Program-made: the position numbers and the translations under genes
Notes under the pieces: generated by a model
Told to the model about the DNA's origin: nothing
The model's input: only the letters and a program-made list of their open reading frames with translations
The model's database searches: none
Assembly: GCA_951406725.2 (NCBI GenBank)
Contig: OX597829.1
Coordinates: 21,266,001 to 21,330,000 of the forward strand
Length of the DNA stretch: 64,000 nucleotides
Reading direction: 5' to 3'
From: Octopus vulgaris
Lineage: Eukaryota
In this document: piece after piece, positions 12,205 through 25,924 of the stretch
Position numbering within the stretch: the first letter of the stretch is position 1
Layout: each line of letters begins with the position of its first letter

Positions 12205-12622
12205 TAATGCACTGTAATACAGACATATACCTGTTTTAATTTAGTCATCCATAGTCTGATATGATATTTCGGAATAATATTCCTTCTTTAGATATTCTTA
12301 GATGGAGTCACTGCTATAATCAATTTTCTAATGGCTTTTCTTTTTTTATTTTTTGGAAGCGTCTCATCAGTGGTCTCACGATGCTCCTTCCGGAATTCCT
12401 CATGAGAAGTGTGTGAGGTCGGCCATGTCTCAGAGCATAATGAGTCCACTGATGAGATGCTTCCAAAAAATAAAAAAAGAAAAGCCGTTTGAAAACCGAT
12501 TATAGCAGCAACTCCGTCTAGGAAAATCTAAAGAAGGAATATTATTCTGAAATATCATATCAGACTATAGATGACTAAATTACAACAGGTATATAACCCA
12601 TTGTCTGTATTATAGTGCATTA
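12205..12622. repeat. Long inverted repeat (about 180-bp arms, about 46-bp spacer), each arm with a CTGATGA..GAAA motif
   Basis: 12205-12386 is the reverse complement of 12433-12622 with scattered mismatches and one small indel. Confidence 0.85.
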
Positions 12623-12769
12623 TTGTACCATTCAAAACTTTTTATTCTTTACAAACAATACACAATGCTTCAAGCAAATTACAATACTCTCCATGCTCTA
12701 CTAGCTAGAAAATGCTTCTCATAAGAAATTTCATTTACTATTTCATGCTGTAAGGTGGTTCGTTTTAAG

Positions 12770-12912
12770 AAGTGTGTCCAGCTATAAACCCTGCCAAAAC
12801 AGACAGTGAAGCCTGGTACAAACTTCAGCTTATCCAGCTTTTGTCAAACCGTCCAACCCATACCAGCTTGAAAAATGGACGTTAAATAATGATGATGACG
12901 ATGATGATGATT
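12770..12912 (+). mobile_element. Family E (RTE-type) 3' fragment
   Basis: aaaccgtccaacccataccagcttgaaaaatggacgttaaataatgatgatg tail. Confidence 0.7.
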
Positions 12913-13254
12913 TCCTGCAAATCGTAATGAAAACATTCAACTTTATTTTATGTTTACGAATTATCATCATGCTTGTCAACATCATATACTGAGTCTGATC
13001 CTTAATCTGTACATTCATGAGTTATTCTAAGTATATTGGATCTATGAAAAATAATTTCCAGTGCGCTTGATTTAATTTTCTTTCTATTGTCATCATCATC
13101 CTTCGATGTAGTTGAACAACCAATTCTAACCAGTTGGGATTCACAGTAGGGGCTGTACTATTCATCCTTTCAACCACTGGATACAAACACTAGCTCATGA
13201 GATCTCCGTTCCAGGTGATTTTCCTGAGTCGCCATGTCTCCCTTGTACATCAGG

Positions 13255-13407
13255 CCACCACATGGTTATCTCTTTACAGCTGAGTGAACTGGAGCAACAT
13301 AATATGAAGTGTTTTGCTCAAGAACACAATGCACAGCCAGTCTGGCAATGGAAACCACAATCTTTATAATCATGAGTGCACTACCCTAACTACTAGGTCA
13401 TGCACCT
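13255..13407 (-). mobile_element. SINE family C fragment
   Basis: cagctgagtgaactggagcaac...tttgctcaagaacacaatgca...ccctaactactaggtcatgcacc. Related to 15461, 21530 and 61508. Confidence 0.65.
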
Positions 13408-13859
13408 TTGGTTTGTGGGTGATGGTGGTGAACCATGGCCATTCTTAGTTGGTGGAGTGATCTGTCTGTTTGATTTCAATAACTCTATTATCACATATTG
13501 TTGTCAATATAGACATTTCAAACTTTAATGTTTTAGCAATGTGGCTGATATTTTTTCTCCTTGATGACTATAACTGCTCTAAAATTGATCACCTGAGGGC
13601 CACATTCTCTCAGGAATGACAGCACATGAAAAAAATAGTAAAAGCAAGATAAATATCTATTCAAACTTGCTAACACACTGTTCAATTGACAAATTATACT
13701 CTGGCTCACCAGAAGCAAAAACATTTAAAATTTCAGCTTCACAAATAACTTAGGATTCACCCATAATGTGGAGGTGACACACACAATTTTCTTGGTCCAT
13801 AAACTAATAGAACTTACAATGTATAGTCTCAGGGAATCCAGATACAAATCCTTTTAGAA

Positions 13860-14855
13860 GAACTAAAGCCCTATCCAGCCTAAACTTTCACAAAGCTGAA
13901 TGGAAATCAATTGAAGAAGAGCTGCTCAAACATGACTGGCTAGAAAATCTCTCTGTACAGGACAATGACATGAAATGTAAACAATATACATCAATTATGC
14001 AAGCTGTGTGCTGTATACATTAAATATATTCCAGAAGAGATGTCCAGACACAGAAGCATATAATTCTCAGAGACAGGAAGGTTCTTGCAAGGCACAGAAC
14101 AAAGATTTCAAATTGCTTAAATGGTCAATTACCAGAAAGTGAACGATCCTGCTCAATGAGAATACTCTGAGGAATAGAGAACAAAATGAAGCACTCTCAG
14201 GAAAGGGATCAGATACTCCTCACAGAGCTATAGAAAATATAAAACCCCAGAGATTTCTATCTACAAATTTTCTAGAGAATCATTCATGGTGCACTATGCA
14301 AGAGGACCACTGTTCCAAAGAGTCAATTTGATAATTACTTTCCCACTCCACACACATATCCATATCCAAAAGGATAAAAATACTAATTGAGCAGCAGTTC
14401 AAAATTATTTTCCCTCTACTGGAACACAAGCAGGTAAATAAGACAGAGGTTATTTGACACATGGGCTCTACATACTAAAACAGTTACAATCGATTACATC
14501 AACATAAGGGAGAAAGCTGTAGTCAGCCACAGATAAAATTAACTTGAATTTTGCAAGTGAGCCCAATGGGTTCCATGCAATCCTCTGAAAAACAAGAAAT
14601 CAATCTTTAGCTAAGCCACTTGAGATACTCTTTCAAAGTTTTGTAGTAAATGGGAACCGCATAAAAAATTTGAAGGAAGGCATAATATGCCCTTTTCATA
14701 AAGATGGAATCAGAGCGGATGCTAAAAATTATAGGCTTATCGCGCTCAACTCTGCCAAGGAGAAATTACTTGCTGATTAACACTCAACATGGCTTTCATG
14801 CAAGACAAAATTGTCTTACACAACTCTTACAATGCTACCACTGAGTGCTGAAATA
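13860..14855 (+). mobile_element. Degenerate CR1/L2-superfamily LINE ORF2 (linker plus RT start)
   Basis: LNFHKAEWKSIEEELLKHDW; LAKPLEILFQS; EGIICPFHKDGIRADAKNYRLIAL; QHGF..RQNCLTQLL. Many stops and frameshifts. Confidence 0.75.
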
Positions 14856-14904
14856 GATTGTGGCCATTGTTGACATTTTTAGTGGTGGGGATGTCATTGC
14901 TTAA

Positions 14905-15240
14905 CATTTATTTTCTATGCTGGCACTGGTTAGATGGTTCAACATAAACTAGTGAACCAGAGGACTTCACTAAGCTCCAATGTCTGCTCTGGCATTGTTC
15001 CTATGGCTGGATGACCTTCCTAATGCTAATCACAGGGTGCTTTTTTTTTTTGTGACACTGGCACCAGTAAAATTACCAAGTAACTTGCAAAACAAGACCC
15101 CTCGATTGAAAGACAGGTATATCATAGAGGGGATTGATTTTATACCAGGTATTGAGAGGTTAAAATATGATAGAGAGACAAGAACACGTGCCTTGAGGTA
15201 AAGGAGAGACATGGCCTCTCCTAGCTAGAAACAGAGAGTA
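14905..15240 (-). mobile_element. Old family E-related repeat
   Basis: ttcctatggctggatgaccttcctaatgctaatcac motif and tail remnant ttaacatttattttctatgctggca. Confidence 0.55.
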
Positions 15241-15460
15241 AGGGCATACCCTTAGGGTAGAAGGTGAATATAAGTGAGAGAATTGGGACACAGGATCCAA
15301 AAGGATGGATGGGTAGGTAAATTCATGAGAAGGTACAAGGATGTGGACAGCTGGTCAGAGATGGGGATAGACCTGGATGCAGTGAATGAGATACAATTGT
15401 AAATATTAGTGTGTGGGTGGGGGAAGTGAGGAAAATAGGACTAGGTCAGGGAGGAGGCAG

Positions 15461-15650
15461 AGGCACATGGTTTAGTGGTTAGGATGCTGAGCTCGCGATT
15501 GTAAGATTGTGGTTCCAATTCCTGGACTGGGTGACGTGTTGTGTTGTGTTCTTGAGCAAAACAGTTCATTTCACATTGTTGCAGTCTACTCAGCTGGTAA
15601 AAATTATTAATCCTATGATGGACTGGCATCCTATCCAGGGAGAAATATAT
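15461..15650 (+). mobile_element. SINE family C
   Basis: tRNA-like head ggcacatggtttagtggttaggatg...ggttccaattcc, then gtgttcttgagcaaaacag...actcagctggtaaaa. Confidence 0.7.
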
Positions 15651-15924
15651 ATGCCAGAGAAATCAGGAACCAGCCCTATGCTCCTTATGGAGTAATGTGG
15701 ACAAAATAGGGAGGAGGCAAAGTTCATAAGGGATAGCAATAGGGATATGATGTGAAGTGTATAGGGGTAATGGTATCATTTCCAGTACTTGAATTAGTGG
15801 TGTCATATTTAGAAGAGTGACAGAGGGATGGGTGTTAGATGGGTTGTGAGGATGGGTTGACTGGATCGCATTCCTCCTGAGATGGACAACTCTTAACATA
15901 TTATACTATGTGTATATAAAGTAT

Positions 15925-16644
15925 TCTTTTATTTGTTTCAGTCATTTGACTGCGACCATGCTGGAGCACAGCCTGCAGTCAAACAAATTGACTCCCAGAC
16001 TTATTCTTTGCCAAACTGTCAAGCTATGGGGACGTAAACACATCAACATTGGCTGCCAAGCGATGTTGGGAGGACTAACACAGACATATACACATACACA
16101 GACACATATACTCTCTTTTACTTGTTTCAGTCATTTGACTGCGGCCATGCTGGAGCACCGCCTTTAGTCGAGCAACTCGACCCCGGGACTTATTCTTTTG
16201 TAAGCCCAGTACTTATTCTATCGGTCTCTTTTGCTGAACCGCTAAGTAACGGGGACATAAACACACCAGCATCGGTTGTCAAGCAATGCTAGGGGGACAA
16301 ACACAGACACACAAACACACACATGCATATATATATACATATATACGACAGGCTTCTTTCAGTTTCCGTCTACCAAATCCACTCACAAGGCATTGGTCGG
16401 CCTGAGGCTATAGTAGAAGACACTTGCCCAAAGTGCCACGCAGTGGGACTGAACTCGGAACCATGTGGTTGGTTAGCAAGCTACTACCACACAGCCACTC
16501 ATATATGTATATACAATGGATTTCTTTCAGTTTCCATCTACCAAATGCACTTTGGGCAAGTGTCTTCTAATATTGTCTTAGGTTGACTAAAGCCTTGTGA
16601 GTGAATGTGGTAGACAGAAACTGAAAGAACCCCATCATGTGTGT

Positions 16645-16691
<47 letters not shown>

Positions 16692-16895
16692 TGTACGATT
16701 GTGTGTCTGTGTTTGTCCCACTCACTATCACTTGACAACCAATGCTGGTGTGTTTATGTCCCTGTCACTTAGCAGTTTGGCAAAAGAGACCAACAGAATA
16801 AGAACTAAGCTTACAAAAAATAAGTATTGGGGTCAATTTGTTCGACTAAATGTGGTGCTCCAGAATGGCCACAGTCAAATGACTGAAACAACTAA
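15925..16895. mobile_element. Cluster of three SINE A copies (old - at 15925; young - at 16112-16500 nested in it; + at 16550-16895)
   Basis: Repeated family A tail and head motifs in both orientations. Confidence 0.85.
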
Positions 16896-17599
16896 AACAA
16901 TATATTATATACACACACACACATATATATATATACACAAACATACATATATGATTACACACACACACACATATTTATGTACATATACATATATACATTA
17001 TAATGAACCAGAAGACTGTCAAACACCAATGTCGGCTTGTGTTCTTGGGCATGGTTTCTATGGCTTAAAGCTGTTCTTAATGCTAACAACTTTACAGTGT
17101 GTACAGGGTGCTTTTTTTTTATTTTTCTTAATAACACTAGCTTCAGTGATGTTGCCAAAGTAACTTGCATGAGATCGAAAAGAAGCCCCTCAATTAGTGG
17201 GGTAGGTGGCTTTGCAACAGGTGCAGAAGTATGATAAGAGGTCAGCAACATATGTCTCTACAGAGAAGAGATATGTGGCTACTGCACATTATACAGGAGT
17301 AGGTGGGAGTAGCTGGAAAAAAAGACAAAAGGAAAAAAATGGTGGCAATGAGGTGACAGTATCTACTACAAAAAAGACTAAGTATCGGGAAGAGTGGCTG
17401 GATAAGTATACAGGAGAGTGAGATGAGAGTAAGAGATGGTTGGAGATGTGGATAGAGGTAAATGTAGTGAAGGATGAATAGAGTGACAATAGTGGTAGGA
17501 TTTGAAGTATGCAGTATAAATAAACCTGAAGATAAAGCAGAAAATAGGGACATATGTTGAGAGGGTGAGTGGGAAGATAGAGAAAGTGGGGGTAGAAGG

Positions 17600-17830
17600 G
17601 AGAGAGAGTAGAAAGACAGAAAGAGAGAGAGAGAGAGAGAAAGAAAGAGAGAGAGAGAGGGAGAGAGGAGAGAGACAGAAAGAGAGAGAGAGAAAGAAAG
17701 AGAGAGAGAGAAAGAAAGAGAGAGAGAGAAAGAAAGAGAGAGAGAGAAAGAAAGAGAGAGAGAGAAAGAAAGAGAGAGAGAGAGGAGAGACAGAGAAGGG
17801 AGAGAGAGGGAGAGACAAAGAGAAATATAG
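17600..17830. repeat. (GA)n/(GAAA) compound microsatellite with an 18-bp higher-order unit
   Basis: agaaagaaagagagagag repeated. Confidence 0.9.
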
Positions 17831-18167
17831 AGAAGATGTACAGTGTCAGAGATGGATGTCAGAGGCATGTAGGTATGGTTATAGTGAGGGACAGAGATGG
17901 AGGTGTACAATGAACAGAAGACAGGAGAAGGTGTGGAAAATAATGGCAAGTATGAAAGTAATGTAAGCAACAGATATGCTGCCCACACAAAGTTGAAGTG
18001 ATTGTGTGGGAGGGATGACAGGGAAAGACAAGGAGAAAGAATGCATGTTAGTTTAGGTGGAGAGGAAGAAAAATTGGAGACATTTTCTGTTTGACAAAGG
18101 AAGTGTATTATTGTTTTGATGCAATCAGACATGATTCAACTGACACAGGTATCATATTCAAGCAACA

Positions 18168-18747
<580 letters not shown>

Positions 18748-18748
<1 letters not shown>

Positions 18749-19218
18749 CATCATCATTTAGCGTCCGCTTTCCATGCTAGCATGGGTTGGACGGGTCAAC
18801 TGGGGTCTGTGAAGCTGGAAGGCTTCGTCAGGCCCAGTCAGATCTGGCAGTGTTTCTACGGCTGGATGCCCTTCCTAACGCCAACCACTCCGCAAGTGTA
18901 GTGGGTGTTTTTTACGTGCCACCTGCACAGGAGCCAGACAGAGCTGGCAAACGGCCATGAACGGATGGTGCTTTTACGTGTCACCGGCACGGGGCCAGGC
19001 GATGCTGGCAACGGACACGAACGGATGGTGCTTTTACGTGCCACCGACACGGGGCCAGATAGAGCTGGCAAACGGCCACAAACGGACGGTGCTTTTACGT
19101 GTCACCGGCACGGGGGGGCCAGCCGAGGCTGGCAACGAACACGAACGGATGCTGCTTTTACGTGCCACTGACACGGGGCCAGACAGAGCTGGCAAACGGC
19201 CACGAACGGACGGTGCTT
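18748..19218 (-). mobile_element. Family E non-autonomous RTE-type retroelement with a 5' tandem array of about 60-bp monomers
   Basis: Minus-strand tail ccgtccaacccatgctagcatggaaagcggacgctaaatgatga, body ggttggcgttaggaagggcatccagccgtagaaac, then alternating monomers. Near-identical to 55381-55963. Confidence 0.8.
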
Positions 19219-19325
19219 TATATATATATATATATATATATACACATACATACATATATATATATATATACACATACATATATATATATATGTATATATA
19301 TGTATATATATATATATATATATAC

Positions 19326-19368
<43 letters not shown>

Positions 19369-19507
19369 TTTACATATATATTATATATGTACATACATAT
19401 ATATATATATATATATATACATATATATATACATATATTTACATATATATTATATATGTACATATATACATATATTTACATATATATTATATATGTACTT
19501 ATATACA

Positions 19508-19548
<41 letters not shown>

Positions 19549-19702
19549 ATATACATACATATATATATACATATATATATACATACATACATATACATAC
19601 ATACATATATATACATATATATACATACATATGTATACATACATGCATACATACACAAACACACACACACACACATATATATATACACACACACATACAT
19701 GT
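19219..19702. repeat. (TA)n/(CATA)n microsatellite
   Basis: Directly visible. Confidence 0.95.
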
Positions 19703-19801
19703 GTGAGTCATCTAAGAAACCATAAGTCAAAAGATACATTTGTATATCTGTTAGTAGAGTGGGTATATTATCCGAAAGGTATAATATTTAATATCCATCA
19801 T

Positions 19802-19893
19802 GGCTTATCTTACCAATTAGTTTTGCATAAATAAAACCAAAGAGTGTTAGGTAACAATTCAATTATATAACTTTACGCTTATTAGAGTTAGCC
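19802..19893 (-). ncRNA. Degenerate hammerhead motif in the PLE terminal repeat (copy A)
   Basis: ggctaact-CTAATAA-gcgtaaa..tttatgc-AAAA-ctaattgg-TA-agataagcc. Stem II is intact; the core has decayed by G>A changes. Confidence 0.55.
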
Positions 19894-20863
19894 GACATGG
19901 AAGGGAATATGGTGACAGGTTTCTTTTGTTGGAGGCGGATTAGCAGAACTAGTTAGCAGCTGCTGTGACAAAAGGCGGTGAACAAAAAAGGGGCCAGGGG
20001 ATTAGGTCAAGAGTTAAGTCCCTTGCTTGAGTATACTGTTAAGCCAGTAAGAGTTACCTTGAAGTGGGGAAGATGTGTATTATTAATGTGGTGCCCCTGT
20101 GGGAATGGTGTGTGTGATATGTGTAGTGGTGTTATATGCATGATTTTTAACCAGGGGTGTAGGTATATGTAGCTGTGTTTGTTGGTCTGTTCTCTCTGTA
20201 AAGGATAAAGTCGTAGGGGTGGGGTCTGCTAAAGTGCGGTGTTTAATGTATGCATGTGTGTGTGGGGGTGGGTACAATTTGTGTGCAGGGGTATGTGTTA
20301 GGGTGATGGGGTTTCTGCATTATAGGGGTATGTACATGTGTGTGTGTGTACATTGGTGCACTGGTGTGTGCTTTGGTCAAACTCTTTTTGCCAAGTCTAA
20401 GGGCATTGGTAGAAGGTTGCTGGTGGAAGGTCAAGAGTCAAGGCAGAGAGCCTGTAGTTTCAGTCATAGTGGGGTATGCAGGTATGATAGAATGTACTTC
20501 CCTTGATATGGGCAAGGATTAAACACCTCACTCCTACTATTTAGGTAGATATCTGAACGTTGGGTATCTTTTACGATAGCTCTCTTCTCAGCCAGGCATA
20601 ATCAGCACTTCATGAAGCTGTTAAAGTACAGTTTGCATTTTTCTAAGATCTTCCACTTTATGTTGTACTCCATGAACTTTCTTCCAAAGTCCAGACGTAC
20701 ATGGCTAGGATTGTAGCATTGTGTTTCTCTGGGATGTTGAACATATATGTGTATATATGTATGTTCAAATTATTTATTATATATATATATATATATATAT
20801 AATCACTATTATTATATATATGTGTATATATATATACATATATATATATATATGTATGTATGC

Positions 20864-20908
<45 letters not shown>

Positions 20909-20937
20909 TTATATGTATAGTATTAAATATCCATCAT

Positions 20938-21028
20938 GGCTAGCCTTACCAATTGGTTTCATCCAAAGAATACAGTGGAGTGTTAGGTAATAAACTGATT
21001 ATATAACATTATGCTCATCAGAGTTAGC
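20938..21028 (-). ncRNA. Hammerhead motif in the PLE terminal repeat (copy B)
   Basis: gctaact-CTGATGA-gcat...ggat-GAAA-ccaattgg-TA-aggctagcc. Intact core and palindromic stem III. Confidence 0.7.
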
Positions 21029-21049
21029 TGATATGGAAATATGGCAACT

Positions 21050-21139
<90 letters not shown>

Positions 21140-21173
21140 CATACATACATACATACAAACATACATACATACA

Positions 21174-21208
<35 letters not shown>

Positions 21209-21524
21209 GAGGAGAAATTATAAAATTTTACATGATAAGCAAATGTGCAATAAAAGTTATGTTTGCAAGAGAAGATTACATCAGTGAACCTATTGAATAT
21301 CCTTACCTCATAGACCTCTGAGGTTGTTTGAGAGTGTATTAAAAAGCTGTCAACCTTTCAAATCTAGGCTGTTAGTGTACTGTGTCCTTCATAAAGATGA
21401 AGGGAATGGTATTTTTGATACAATGAATGGCATCCAGTTTGATGGTTGCTAAAATCCCAAAGTTGGGAGCTAGGCCTTTAATGATCACATACATACATAC
21501 ATACATACATACATACATACATAA

Positions 21525-21803
21525 ATTGGCATTCTGTTGGTCACAACAACAAGGGTTCCAGTTGATCTGATCAACAGAACAGCCTGCTTGTGAAATTAAT
21601 GCGCAATTCTCAGGGAGATTTAGCATGACACAGAATGTGACAAGGCTGGCCATTTGAATTACAGGTACAACTCATTTTTGTCAGCTCAGTGGACTGCAGC
21701 AATAAGAAAAAAATGTCTTGCTCAAGGACACAATATGCCACTGGTTTTTAAATTCACAAGTTTACGATTGCGAGCTGAATACTCTATCCACTAAGCCATG
21801 CAT
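21525..21803 (-). mobile_element. SINE family C
   Basis: Reverse-complement match to 61508-61800. Confidence 0.75.
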
Positions 21804-21849
21804 CTTATATATATATATATATATATATATCAGACACCATGATAGACCG

Positions 21850-23260
<1,411 letters not shown>

Positions 23261-23280
23261 TAGCATATATGTATAAACAC

Positions 23281-23505
23281 ATGGGGGTGTTTATACACAA
23301 AAAAATTTGTGGCTTTGGGTAAAGGAAAATTGATGAGGATCAGTTAATTATGACTATATTCAATATATATTTCCCTCTCAGAGTCACATACTCGTTGCAG
23401 TGATCCTTCAGTTTTTCTAAACTCTGTAAAAGAACTCAAAAGGTTGGGTCTCCAATCAGATTTTTCACGACACCCTTAAAGTCAGGAACATTTCATCACC
23501 CCTTC
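23281..23505. mobile_element. Mariner-derived MITE (degenerate)
   Basis: Ends atgggggtg...tttgtggctttgggt and acccttaaagtcaggaacatttcatcaccccttc are imperfect inverted repeats. Confidence 0.5.
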
Positions 23506-23613
23506 ACACACACATATATGTATGCATATATACATATACATAGATACATAAATATGTGTGCATGTGTGTGCATATACATATATGTATTTATGTTTTTGTA
23601 TATATATGAGTGC

Positions 23614-23660
<47 letters not shown>

Positions 23661-23697
23661 TATACATATATATATATATATATAAATATATATATCC

Positions 23698-24043
23698 TGT
23701 GTGGTGCCAAAGGTCCCGTCTTCCACATCCAGGGTAAGGAGCAGATACTGTAATAGCCTGGGGTTCAGGGGCCCTCAGCTGTTCAACAAACTGCCAAGAA
23801 AACTAAGAGATCTACACGATGCGGATGTGGACATTTTCAAAAAACATCTAGACAAGCTGCTTTCCGGGATCCCAGATGAACCCACTGCAAGGTACGAAGG
23901 TAACCTAAGGGCAGCAGCTACAAACTCTCTCTTAGATCAGTGGCCAGCCACGGCAAACTGGACTTAGAGAGGGTAGCAACAAGGGCGGTGCCCCAGCATG
24001 GCCTCAGCCGGATGGCTGAAACAAGTAAAAGAGTAAAAGAGTA
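23698..24043 (+). mobile_element. Young 5'-truncated CR1/L2-superfamily LINE 3' end whose tail is shared with SINE A
   Basis: Open ORF2 end ...NSLGFRGPQLFNKLPRKLRDL..FKKHLDKLLSGIPDEPT..NSLLDQW, then ggcggtgccccagcatggcctcagccggatggctgaaacaagtaaaagagtaaaagagta. Confidence 0.85.
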
Positions 24044-24065
24044 TATATATATATATATGTATATA

Positions 24066-24100
<35 letters not shown>

Positions 24101-24132
24101 TTGCACATATATATATATCTGCATATATATAT

Positions 24133-24739
24133 AGGGAGAATTCACAAAAAAAAAAGACGAAGACAGGTGGTGTAGACAACAAACATGTATTAGTTTAACA
24201 CTCGGGAAGTGAAAAAGTCTTTAACGTTTCTAGCCTACATATGTGTGTGTGCGTGTGTGTGTGTGTGTGTGATGTGTATGTGTGTGATGTGTGTGTGTGT
24301 GTAGTTCAGATTTACATAAAACACAACGAAGACAGGTGACAGAATAACAAGCAGGTGTATTAGTTTGACACTTGGGAAGAATAGAAAAAGTCTTTGCAGG
24401 TCAGAGCCTACACTTTTTGTTAAGAGAGAAAAAATGGAGAATGAAAAAAAAAAACAGAGGAAAAAAGTGTTCCGGGATTAATGGTTAAACATAGCGAAAT
24501 TAATATATACATAAATAATTAACTATAAAATCAATTAATAAACTTGTCAGTGGCCAGCATGTAAAAAAAAACCATATCATCATCATCATCATTGTTTAAC
24601 ATCTGCTTTTCATGCTAGAACCGTCCAACCCATGCTAGCATGGAAAACGGACGTTAAACAATGATGATGATGATGATGATAGGTAAACATTAATACAAAT
24701 ATGTAATTATATAGATATATGCATGTATATAATTGTATA

Positions 24740-24800
<61 letters not shown>

Positions 24801-24990
24801 GAAATTTATAGAAAAAACAAAAGATGAAAACAGGTGCATGAGTAACAAGCAAGTATATGAGTTTGATGCTCGAAAAAATGAAAAAAGTCTTTTACGTTTT
24901 GTGCCTATGCTCTTAATAGAAAGGAATAAGAGAAAATAAACAGAAAGCGAATGAAAAACAATTGTAGATTTCAGTGGTTCAGCACAGATA
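24133..24990 (-). mobile_element. Three degenerate minus-strand P1 copies (24133-24238, 24301-24500, 24796-24990) with head-to-head family E tails at 24577-24680
   Basis: gaagacaggtg...tattagttt...aaaaagtcttttacgtttc.agcctac motifs are the reverse complement of 21850-22196 and 9395-9588. Confidence 0.65.
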
Positions 24991-25056
24991 ATTAATACAT
25001 AAATATATGTAAGTACATAAAAAGAGATGACAAACGAATAAGCAGTTGTCTCATTA

Positions 25057-25136
25057 GCTAACAGCTGTTTCTGTTACAAGATCCAATGGACTCATAGTTG
25101 AGTGCCTGAGAAACACTTTCCAGCTTCATCAGAGCC
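25057..25136 (-). ncRNA. Hammerhead-like motif with a long loop II
   Basis: gct-CTGATGA-(about 55 nt)-GAAA-cagctg-TT-agc. Palindromic stem III; stem II closure is poor. Confidence 0.5.
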
Positions 25137-25443
25137 TCAGACATGGAGTGTAATTTATATGGGAAAACAATTATATTTATGCATATATACACAGGAAAAG
25201 CATTACCAATGATAAAGTATATACTTGGAGGATGAACTCCAGAGGCCGCTCCTGTAATTAGAATGGGATTAATTCTAAGATGTGTATACCTAGATGTAGA
25301 TAAAGAGTATGTTTATTCAGAAGCATCCATATACCAGGTTATTATACTTCAATGCTTAAGCAAAATATTAAAACATGTATATGTATATATGTATATATAC
25401 GTATATATGCACATTCATATATATATATATATATGCATATATG

Positions 25444-25849
25444 CGCAGGAGTGGCTGTGTGGTAAGTAGCTTGCTAACCAACCACATGGTTCCGGGTTCA
25501 GTCCCACTGCGTGGCATCTTGGGCAAGTGTCTTCTGCTATAGCCCCGGGCCGACCAATGCCTTGTGAGTGGATTTGGTAGACAGAAACTGAAAGAAGCCT
25601 GTCATATATATGTATATGTATATGTGTGTGTGTATGTTTGTGTGTCTGAATTTGTCCCCCTAGCATTGCTTGACAACCGATGCTGGTGTGTTTATGTGCC
25701 CATTACTTAGCGGTTCAGCAAAAGAGACCGATAGAATAAGTACTGGGCTTACAAAAAGAATAAGTCCCGGGGTCGAGTTGCTCGATTAAAGGCGGTGCTC
25801 CAGCATGGCCGCAGTCAAATGACTGAAACAAGTAAAAGAGTAAAGAGTA
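25444..25849 (+). mobile_element. SINE family A, young full-length copy
   Basis: Near-identical to the reverse complement of 16112-16500, 40864-41252 and 49380-49763. Confidence 0.92.
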
Positions 25850-25880
25850 TATCTCTGTAGCTTGCTCTCTCTCCCTCCCG

Positions 25881-25924
<44 letters not shown>

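Larger units (their letters stand above)
19785..21048 (-). mobile_element. Penelope-like element (Neptune-type) remnant: endonuclease-region C-terminus between two direct terminal repeats (pLTRs)
   Basis: Minus strand near 20465-20741: FNIPEKHNATILAMYVWTLEE/MEYNIKWKILEKCKLYFNSFMKC*LCLAEKRAIVK...LNSRSEVFNPCPYQGKYIL (IW.L..Y.IKW.I / C.LCL.EK / LN.RSE..C.H pattern). Direct repeats at 19785-19900 and 20919-21040. Confidence 0.8.

Noticed and set aside
21300-21372. Minus-strand donor (atgag|gtaagg) as FCHSD exon 2
   Set aside because: The relevant frame has a stop and shows no similarity to the expected KLQAKHQ.ECDLLED sequence.
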